A stretch of 64,000 nucleotides of DNA from the human T2T-CHM13v2.0 reference genome, Homo sapiens. Location: assembly GCF_009914755.1 (NCBI RefSeq), contig NC_060928.1; one strand, given 5' to 3'. Positions 41,526 to 51,495 of the stretch are shown in pieces; position 1 is the stretch's first letter, and each line of letters begins with the position of its first letter. Under the pieces are notes generated by a model that saw nothing but the letters and a program-made list of their open reading frames with translations, had not been told where the DNA came from and ran no database searches. The position numbers and the translations under genes are program-made.

Positions 41526-42447
41526 TTATGTAAACATTTGGATCCATGTCTATCTGAACCATCTTCACTTCTTATATACAGTGAGCCAGCACGTTTTTCT
41601 TTTCTTTTAAGCTCGTTAAAGTTGAGATTCTCAATCTATTACTGAAATAATTAGACTAAGACATCTAGTATATACCAGGAAGTGCTATGGAGAATGGAAG
41701 ATGGAGGTATCTAAGACGGAGGGATTGTCTTTTCCCCAAAATCTATGGGAGGGAGAGGCTCAGATTTAAGAACCATATGACAATGCCCCAAACACTCTGC
41801 TGGGAGGTTCATTGCCCATAGACCCAGGCAAGTCCAGGCTCTGCTTTCTGAGCTCTGCAGCATTTGCCAAAGGATTCGGCCCCTGTAAGCCGCAGTTCCC
41901 ATCTATCCTATGAGAACCTGGGCAGACTTTGCCCCTAGGTTAGGGTTCTTGTGGAATAAAAGCCAATGGGCCTTCACACATTCATCTCTAGGAGTTACAT
42001 ATCCCCTCAGTCCTGGGAGCATGGGGAGGTGGAGAGGCCTGTAGCTGCAGGAAACTTCTATGCACTGTATGGCTTCATGTCCTCTGCAGTCTCCCCAAGG
42101 GCACTGGAAAAGAACATTTCCTAAGCTCATCTAGATGTGAAGAAAACTTGGGGAAACAGCCTTTGCACATTGCCCAGCACGCCATAAGCTCTTTGGAGGA
42201 AGCATGCATTTCTCCCCGTGGACATCCATGAAGGTGTGGGGTGGTATGGTGAGCATCACGAGCCAATGGCACCAACAGAGAGGGGCTCGCATTGGAGCCT
42301 GGCCTTGAAGGATGAGGCGGTGTGTGCCAGGCAGAGAGGGAAGGGAAGGGGATCCCAAGTGCAGGGGACAGCAGAGGCAAAGGCAGGAAGTGGGTGTGGG
42401 CACAGAGCGTCTGCAAATGGTGGGACAGGGTTTCAGTGTGGCCAGAT

Positions 42448-42451
<4 letters not shown>

Positions 42452-42490
<39 letters not shown>

Positions 42491-42607
42491 TGTCGGTGTA
42501 TGTCTCTGTCAATGTCTGTGTGTATCTGTGTATGTGTCTTTGTATGTCTGCATGTATCTTTGTGTGTGTGTGTGTCTGTCTGTGTATATGTGTGTCCCTC
42601 TGTGTGT
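42452..42607. repeat. (TG)n microsatellite with a degenerate TG-rich extension
   Basis: Direct observation. Confidence 0.95.
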
Positions 42608-42792
42608 ACCTGGGGATGGATGACAGGATAGGCCAAGCAGGCAACTGCGCCACTGCAGGCTTTGATACTGTGCCACCCATTCTAGAAGGAAAAGACCAAG
42701 GCAGATGCTAGGATGGGAGTCACAGAAGGGGAAGGGTCCCAGAGAGCCAGTGGGGAGTGTGTGGTGTCACCTGGCAAATCTCAGAGAAGCAC

Positions 42793-42897
42793 TTCCCAGA
42801 AAGACCCTGTAGTCTGTGTGTTTCCTTATAAATATGCTTTGTGTTCCCATTGCAATCTTCCTCCAGAAAGAATCTGCCTGCCTCCCGAGGATCAAGT
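42793..42897 (+). promoter_or_regulatory. Candidate remnant promoter / first non-coding exon of the FGFBP1-like pseudogene
   Basis: TATAAAT at 42827-42833 and GAS-type TTCCCAGAA at 42793-42801, in unique DNA about 2.5 kb upstream of the acceptor; the assignment is inferred. Confidence 0.3.
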
Positions 42898-43892
42898 AGA
42901 ATTTCACATTTTGTAGGAGACCCACCGATTTATGTCTCCCTTGTTGAGCAAAACAGCTTTATCTCCTTATGTCCAAATAATCCTCCAAAAAAAAATACTG
43001 CAACAGAGCACCTGTTTGCAGAGGTCAGGGCCTCAGTGGAGTGTTTGCGAGGACAGTGAAGATGGACCCCTGGGTGAGCCAATTTTAGGAGAGGTACACA
43101 CCTTCAGAAATGGCTGCTTCCGGTGGATTTATGCAGAGACTGAGCAGCTGAGTAAATCAGTCAACATCTGTAGCTGTGACCACAGAATTCTCAAACAGGT
43201 GGACTATACATGAAATCCAAATACAGTTACAAGTTTTAACCTGTACATCGTTAGATCAAGACACTGCTTTTCGGAAATTTGGATTACATGTCAACCAATT
43301 TCATATAAACACACCTTTATTTTGAAGCATCTCTTAAAACAATCAAAAAGTCTGACAATACTGAGCCCTATCCACACACACCGTCTTAGTCAATTGGAGC
43401 TGACTGTTGACCTTTAGAGAGGCAGAAGCTCTAGTTTGCTGCAGTCCCTACCATGATGCCTGCCCCAAAGCCAAAGGTCATTTACCATTCATCATCAAAG
43501 TTGTACTACTGCTTTTCTTATTCTTGAGTTAAGAAAGAAGTGAACAATTTTTTGTATGCCCAAATCTATGAAAAGTGAGGTGACAAGGTATACTGAAGTC
43601 CACATCTTTTTTTTTTAATGGATGTGAGTCTCTTACTATATGATGAATACATAAATATGTCTTTTTGTGAAGAACTAAGTTTCAGACCCCATTATGAACC
43701 AAATTTCTTTTGCTTCACTTTATGTTAATAACTCAGCACTGTGAGTATTGAGTATGCAACCATACATGAAGTGCTGCTTTTGTCAGGACAGGGAGGATGA
43801 GTAGATGGAAGATTAGAGAGGCTAAGTAGTTTGGCCCAGTCATCATTGAGTCATCAATCATTGAGTCAATGATTTCTTTCAAAAAACATTGA

Positions 43893-44210
<318 letters not shown>

Positions 44211-44520
44211 TGATTATGGGTCTTCTTTATGCCCTGGGTTCACTTTACCCAGTCAAATCAGATGACCTTCCTTCCTTCATGCCTTTCCTGAGGCTCTTAC
44301 CTCTTCCCCAAATGCTCCTCCTACCCCCACAACCCCACCCACTTCAGTGTGTCAAAGCCCATGCATGTTCAACCCTCTGTCAATGTCAACATCATCTTTT
44401 TTGACACTTTCATGAGCTTTACCATGCCTTTTCTCATTTTGTGGTCATCTGTATCCATGTGAGATTGTGAGATAGAAATTTAGCACATTGGAGCTGGAAG
44501 AGAGCTTGGTTATCATTTCA

Positions 44521-44937
<417 letters not shown>

Positions 44938-45328
44938 TTAAATTTCCCAATGAGTAGCCTCTAAGGTCTTTAAAACCTGAGGCTTTCTCATTCACAGTAG
45001 TATCTTGAATACCTAGTCTAGTGCATGGCAAGTACTAATAGTAGGCACTTAATAAATGCTTGTTGAATGAGTGAATGAGAGTGAGGAGTGAGTAAATGCA
45101 GGAGTTCTTGAGTGAGTAGATGAGAAATAAGGGTTCATGAGGCTCCAAAGAATGGTAGTTTTGTGACACTCAGGACTCAAGCCAAGTGGAAATGTGAGTA
45201 GACAGGCTGCTTGTCTAGTGATTCCAGAAGGCAGAAGCGTTCTTGGTCTATTCCTAATTTAGGCAGGCACCTGTCAGGGTGGAGGAAGGCCAAGGTGCAA
45301 TCCTGCACAGCGGAACTGCTGCCTGCCA

Positions 45329-45355
45329 CTGACTCACCTGCCTTTTGTCAAACAG
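45329..45355 (+). other. Splice acceptor upstream of the pseudogene coding exon
   Basis: ctgactcac (branch-point-like), cctgccttttgtc pyrimidine tract, aacAG|gtgcc, 19 nt before the Kozak-context gccATG at 45375. Confidence 0.65.
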
Positions 45356-45374
45356 GTGCCACCCAGATGTAGCC

Positions 45375-46511
45375 ATGAATACCCATAGCCTCACCCTGTT
45401 CTCCTTTCTCCTACTGGCTTCTCAGGTGCTCCTGGTGGAGGGGAAAAATGGAGTAAAGCAGACAATAGAGTAATGCCCGGGGATCAATGGGTCCCCCTGG
45501 GAAAGCCCTAGAGCTCCAGATTGTGACAAAAACCCTGCCATACAAGTTCCCAATCACAGCAGCCTTGTCACTAAAGACCAAGCCAACTGTAGATGGGCTG
45601 TGACTGAGTAGGCAGAGGGCATCACTCTCAAAGTTGAGGGTGTTTGAATGAACAGTGAGTTTTCCTGTGTCTCTGTGGGCAATCCAGACTGTGCCTACGG
45701 TTTTTGGACAACAATGTGGTCTACTGGAAATAAATTAGCTAGAACCTGTGCCACAAGAAACATGCCTATGAGAACTCCAAGGCCAACCTGGTGACCAGGG
45801 CATGTTGTCAGAAGTATCCAGAATCCAATGTCAAGCTGGTGAATTCCACTCTGATCACAAATAAGAGACCCAGCCACAATGACATGGAACTCATGCCCAC
45901 GGTGTGGGATAAGGTCGAAGAGTCCACTTGTAGGGACCCAACCAAGGTCAAACCATGCTTCCCCAAGCAGAAGACCCAGATCCAAGAGTTATTCTCCACA
46001 GAGTCATTGAGGATAGAAGAGATCACCCCCACAGGGCCAATCAAGACCAAAAAGACCATCCCTACAGTGCCAATCAAGATCTCAAACACCACCCCCACAG
46101 AGCCAATCACCACCAAGATACCACCACCATAGAGCAAACTGAAGAGTCCACTCCCACTGAGACAATCAAGACAGAAAAGATCACTACCACAGAGCAGGTG
46201 GAAGTGGAAAAGACCATCCCTACAGAGCTAATGGAGGTCCCAGAGACCATTCTGAAATATCGGATAGAGATGAGAGAGTTCACAAAGCCAAACCAGGACT
46301 TAGAAAGCACCCTCACCAGCTCAACACAGACACAAATCTTGACCACTGCTAAACCAAGTTATGCAAATACACAAGGCAGCAAAACTCTGTTAAAGACAAC
46401 CCAGCAGACAGATCAGCAAATGGACCAGCCAGTAGATCAGTAGTAATGTGGAAAGTCCTGGAGCTCCTTCTGCAATATCTTCCTCATGGTATTACAGACA
46501 TGTAATGGTAA
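45375..46511 (+). pseudogene. FGFBP1-like unprocessed pseudogene (FGF-binding protein paralog) with an internal 11-aa repeat expansion
   Basis: Translates to [24 protein letters not shown] (FGFBP1: [24 protein letters not shown]), LVTKDQANCRWAVTE*AEGITLKVE, EFSCVSVGNP, CLRFLDNNVVYWK*IS*NL, TRACCQKYPESNVKLVNSTL and CGKSWSSFCNIFLMVLQ (FGFBP1: CGETWSSLCTFFLSIVQ). Stops at 45471, 45609, 45645, 45731, 45740, 46441 and 46444; 1-nt frameshifts near 45687-45691 and 46106-46137. Confidence 0.93.
45908..46323 (+). repeat. Degenerate 33-nt coding tandem repeat, about 13 units
   Basis: Units start at 45908, 45941, 45974, 46007, 46040, 46073, 46106 (32 nt), 46138 (27 nt), 46165, 46198, 46231, 46264 (27 nt) and 46291; for example atcaagaccaaaaagaccatccctacagtgcca and atcaagatctcaaacaccacccccacagagcca. 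Confidence 0.85.
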
Positions 46512-46804
46512 TTAGGTTAAGAGAACAGGGCAGGTCATGTCATAAGCCCCTCTGTATGCTGTAAAGTTTCCCATAAGCTATGAACTTTTGTGGTATGAGA
46601 GTATAGTGGAATATTTAACAGATTTCATAATTTTTGTTCTTTGTGTTTTGCTTTATATTCACTTCCTTGGATATGATTTTCAGAGGCTATCTACCTCATT
46701 ATATACTTCCATGGCCCACACGGCAATGTGCATATGAGCAGAGAAGACCTGTCCTTGAGCTGAATGAGGCAGAGTGATGAACTTACTGCTGAATTAGCAA
46801 AGAT

Positions 46805-46810
46805 AATACA
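46805..46810 (+). terminator. Variant poly(A) signal AATACA closing the pseudogene 3' UTR
   Basis: About 300 nt after the former stop, at the end of a stretch resembling the recalled FGFBP1 3' UTR (ttccatggcccacac...ttgagctgaatgag...ctgctgaatta); followed by T/GT-rich DNA with no genomic poly(A) tail. Confidence 0.45.
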
Positions 46811-47819
46811 GCTCTGAATGATTTTCAGACATGTTTTCAACCACTGTTTGATTTCTTTGTGTCTAGTACCAAGTGAACTCATAATGTAGTCCCTATACAT
46901 CAGTGGAAAAACTAAGGAACAACTTCCAGTTTTCTACCTATTTCCTAATGCAACCCATTTCAGAATCCCCCTTTATAGTTTTATCCATTGGTCTGTGGTG
47001 CTTGATGCTTATTGAAGTGTAATAATTAGGATCCCTGTTTTCAGGCAGGATACTCGGTACATGGTATGATTAAATCGCCTGTTGGGGTCTTATCGGTGGT
47101 AAGAGGGGAGGCAGGATTAGAACCCAGGAGTTCTGACAGCAGAGTTCACAGGATTGAGGAACCTCCTGTACTGACTCAGGTCAGAGCTGCCCATTCTCAC
47201 CATCATCTACAGGACCCGTGTCCTTGCAGAGCTCATTTCTGGAGAAGAAAGATCTGGTTGCATAGAGTGCCCTGTGATGAGGGCTGTAATGGAAGGGGCA
47301 GAGAGTTCCATGGAAAACTGGAGAGAGGAGGCAGAAACTGCTGCAATATCTGGGCTTGAGCTTCACAGGGAAGGTAATATTGGCTCTGGATTTTGGAGAG
47401 ATTATCTTTAGGAATAAAATGGCGCAAAGTAGAGGTACTTTAGGTGTTTGACAACATGAAAGAAAGATGGGAAATTCCAGATTCTGAGAGAGGTCAGGTG
47501 GCTGGGATGGGATGAGACGAGACTGCTGTTAGTCATTTACTACTATGAAGGATCTGAAAGTGTTTCACTTCGAGAGTTGGGGAAGAGGATGAACAGTCCC
47601 CAATGCCTAATCATAATTTCACAGACAGGGAAAAGTGAGGAGCAGAAGTTGGTGAAAGCACTGTTCTCTAGCATGTCTGATGGTGGCAGGGAGGAATGGA
47701 AGGTAGGGTGGAAGGATGGTCCTTTATACTCCCCAACCTACTGAGATATACACTGAGAATGTCAGAGGCCAATCCACAGTGCCACTGCCTCAGAGTGACA
47801 TTTGGATGTCATTATCAAC

Positions 47820-48240
47820 ATCATCAAAACGAACACTTATCTCTCATCTGCTATGTGCCGGGCACTGTGCTAAGCTTTTCCTATGCATGATGCCTGCATT
47901 CATTTATTCACTCACTTACTCAATATATAACTTACAGAGCACTGACTCAAGCCAGGCTGTGTTCTAGGTGCCAGAGATATAGCAATGGATGTACAAGAGA
48001 TGGGTGCTCTGCCCTCATGGAAATTGGCAGTGGGGAAATTGATGATGAACTCATGATTACACATGAGTTAAGAGGAAAAGCATAGCAAAGGAAGAGAATA
48101 AAAGCGGTAGAAGGTAACTATTTTTAGGTGGGGTGGTCAGGTGAGGCATCCCTGTGGAGGTGACTTTTGAGTCTAGACCCAAATGGAGGAATTTAGCCAT
48201 TTAACCCTGGGCTAAAGATGTTCCAAATAGAGGAAATGGT
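47820..48240. mobile_element. L2 LINE 3' fragment
   Basis: cattcatttattcactca...gctctgccctcatggaa...ggtggtcagg...ggaggtgacttttgagtctagacc. Confidence 0.7.
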
Positions 48241-48667
48241 CAGAGAAAATTCCCTGATGTTAATTAATTTATTTATTGCTTATTATGAACTCTAACTATA
48301 TGCTGGGCAGTGTTCTGGGGACAAGAACTAGCAGTAAACAACAACAACAACAAAATGCTTGTCTTCACATCTTATATTCCAGTGACTAGGATCCACTCTG
48401 CCTGTTCAGGAAACATCAAAGAATGTGTATTATTGTAGGATGGGGCCAGGCCTGACTGTGAACCCTACCACGACACCAAGGGAGTTGAACAGACATTCCA
48501 GACCCTCCCCAAGCTCCTTTTAGCCACAACAAATGAGGGAATATTCCCTTGAGGTCTACACAGATTCTCACAGGTCCCCTACCTGACTTATACCACTCAA
48601 CTGAGATTGGAAAAGACTGGTAAACTCTTCTACAGATTATTACATAATAACCCTGGTCTAATGTGGT

Positions 48668-49046
48668 TGGTGCTGTGGTTTCAATGTTTGTGTTTCCTAG
48701 AAATTTCATGTTAAAACTTAACCCCAATGCAACAGCATTAAGAGTTGGGACGTACAGGTGGTGATTAGGCCATGAAGGCAGATGAGATTAGTACCTTATA
48801 AAAGGGCTGGAGGAGGGAACTAGCTAGGCCCTTTTTGCCACTCGAGGACATGGTGTTTGACCTTTCCAAAGGACACAGCAAGGTCCCATCTTGGAAGCAG
48901 ATACTGGGCCCTTGTCATACAGCTAACCTGCTGGTGTCATGATCTTTAACTTCCTAGCCTCCAAAACTGTGAGAAATAAATTTCTCTTCTTTAGAAATTA
49001 CCAAGTCTCCTATATTTTATTACAGCAACAGGAATAGACAAAGACA
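48668..49046 (+). mobile_element. MaLR solo LTR (MST/MLT1A-like)
   Basis: tgctgtggtttcaatgtttgtg...cttcctagcctccaaaactgtgagaaataaatttc...agacaaagaca. Confidence 0.8.
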
Positions 49047-50299
49047 GCTGACAATAACATTGCAGAACCCACCCAACTCAAAGCCACTGTAAGATCCTTT
49101 CCATTCCATGAGGTTGTGACTTCTTGTAGCTCACTCATGGCTTTTGGACACTGGCAGAACTGTGGGGAGTTTTGCTTTCCAACATGGTAGTGTCGCCTGG
49201 ACCTGGGATAGAGGTTTGCCTCTGCTGATAGCTACCCTGTTTCTGGGCAAATTATTAACCCCATGACCACCAATCAGATCCTCTCCACATGGGGATAATA
49301 AATCTCACCTTAAGAGTTGCTGGAACACTGATGTTTGCCAATATTTCTAAAGCACCTGTAGTAACACCATTTACATAGTAGGAGTTTAACACAAATGATC
49401 ATTAAAAGTATAGCACAAGACTGGATTTCTGAGGGAGGTCAAGAATTTTCTTAGTGAAAATTTTTTAAAAGTGGGAATTTTGTTTTATCCTCTAGGATGG
49501 CCAGTGGACAGGAAACATTATTATTGTTTACCTATGATGTGTCAATGGCTTTGCTCCTATTCTCTTATTTAATCCCTCCACAACCCCATCTGGTAGGAGT
49601 TCTCATCCTTACTTTCTATATGATGAAGCTGAGGAACTTGCCAAGGTTGCAAAGCCATTAAGCGACAGAGCCTGTAAAGAGAACTTCTGGTCTGCAGGTC
49701 CCCAAACCCTTTCTTCCCCTGAAGCTCATGATTTTCTTTACTTGATAAGAGAAGAGTGACATTTATGGCCTTCAGACATGGGCCAAACCTGACAGTGAAC
49801 AGGATCTGTCAGTCCCTGTGTGCAACCCCAACCAAGTCCTTATGAAGAGAAAATTCTAGAAGCTAATACTTTCATTTATGCTCAACCTGGAGGGGACATT
49901 TAAAAAACACAGTAAAAAAGTCTCTACAGACTTTCCACCAGCTTCTACCCAACTTATTACTGTATATGTTCTCCATGAGGACTTTCTGGATATCAAGTAG
50001 AGGAGCGAGCTCATGTGTGTGTGTTTCTTAAGGAATGATTTGACTTGAAAGCAATAAGATGGGAAGGTTTTTCTAGGTGAGAGATACTAAAAGTTGGCTT
50101 GTCTGTATGACCCAAAGCTGTAAACAGTAGGAATGTCTCTTCTCTGTAAAATCATCGCAGCACCAGCTCTGTATAGCAACCCAAACCAGACCAATGCCAA
50201 TTTGAATTGCTGGAATCCAGCACATCTCCCCTGGCCATCCATCTATCTACCTCCTTCCCCACCTTCCCTTCTAAGTTGTTATTGGCTGAACAAGCAAAG

Positions 50300-50905
50300 A
50301 TGACCTCTCACCTAGCTTCTGGTGGCTCTAGCAATTTTTGGCCTTCCTTGGCTTACAGACGTATCTCTCCAATCCCAGCTTCTGACATTACATGGAGTTA
50401 TCTTTTGCTAGTCTTTGTGCAAACCTCCATCTTTTTTTTTTTTTTTTTTTGAGACAGAGTCTTGATCTGTCCCCTAGTCTGGAGTGCAGTGCCACAATCT
50501 CGTCTCACTGCAACCTCTGCCTCCCTGGTTCAAGCGATTCTCCTGCCTCACCCTATTGAGTATATCTGGGATTACAGGCGCGTGCCACCATGCTTGGCTA
50601 ATTTTTGTATTTTTAGTAGAGAAGGGGTTTCACCATGTTGGCCAGGCTGGTGTCGAACTCCTGACTTCAGGTGATCCACCTGCCTCTGCATCCCAAACTG
50701 TTGGGATTACAGGTGTGAGCCGCCTCACCCAGCCTCAAACCTTCCTCTTCTTAGAAAAACACCAGTCATCAGATTGGAGCCCATTCTCATTCATTATGAG
50801 CTAATTTTAACTTTGCTGTATCCATAAAGTCCCTATTTCCAAATTCACATTAACAAGTTCAAGGTAGACATGAATTCTGGGGGGGACACTGTTCAACCCA
50901 GCACA
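50300..50905 (-). mobile_element. Partial MLT1-type LTR interrupted by an Alu
   Basis: cctagcttctggtggct...ccctatttccaaat...ggggggacactgttcaaccc. Confidence 0.7.
50432..50735 (-). mobile_element. Alu (AluS-like)
   Basis: Poly-T plus gagacagagtctt...gggattacaggtgtgagcc. Confidence 0.96.
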
Positions 50906-50984
50906 GCCACCCAACAGCAATAGCAAATAGCTGAAAAGAAAGAGAAGTGAACCTGAAAGTGAGCAACTCTACATAAGTCCTAAT

Positions 50985-51495
50985 AAAGAACTTTATCCAA
51001 AATATACAAAGGTAATCAAAAACAAGAAAAGTCTGAAAAGCTGTCACAGCCAAGAGAAACCTAATGAGACAGGATGACCAAATGCCATATTCGGGATGGG
51101 ATTCTGGAACAAAAAAGAGGACATTTGTTAAAATAAAAATTAAGAAAATCTGAATAAACTTACAGAGTTTAGGTGATAATAAAAATGTATCAATATTTGT
51201 TCATAAATTGTGGCAAATATACCATCCCAACATAAGATGTTAATAATATGGAAAACTTGTAGAGGCTATGTGGGAACTCTCTGTACTATCTTCACAAATT
51301 TTCCATGAATCTAAAACTCTCCTAAAATAAGCAAGTTATTATTTTATTCTATTTTATATTTCTATTTCTTATTGTATACCCTTTGCAATCCTATAGGCAA
51401 GTTATTTTTATTTTAAGTTCTGGGGTACATGTGCAGGAAGTGCAGGTTTGTTACATAGGTAAATCTGTGCCATGGTGGTTTACTGCACCTATTGG
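50985..51495. mobile_element. L1 3'-end fragments (L1MC-type on + to about 51330; short L1PA 3' end on - at about 51400-51495)
   Basis: gggaactctctgtactatcttcacaaattttc; ttttaagttctggggtacatgtgcagg...tgccatggtggtttactgcaccta. Confidence 0.75.

Noticed and set aside
40579-42711. Many long ORFs (up to 223 aa) rich in His/Thr or Val/Cys
   Set aside because: They are translations of (CA)n/(TG)n arrays, which lack stop codons by composition
45695-46346. Hydrophobic minus-strand ORFs (45695..45985, 45808..46137, 46107..46346)
   Set aside because: Antisense shadow of the A/C-rich coding repeat; no independent evidence
45791-46443. ORFs 45791..46132 and 45955..46443 as independent genes
   Set aside because: They are frameshift-separated pieces of the FGFBP1-like pseudogene; 45791 is a GTG start and neither has its own signal peptide
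45375-46511. Calling this locus the functional FGFBP1 or FGFBP2 gene
   Set aside because: Multiple in-frame stops, frameshifts, lost cysteines and a large insertion; it resembles FGFBP1 but is clearly not identical
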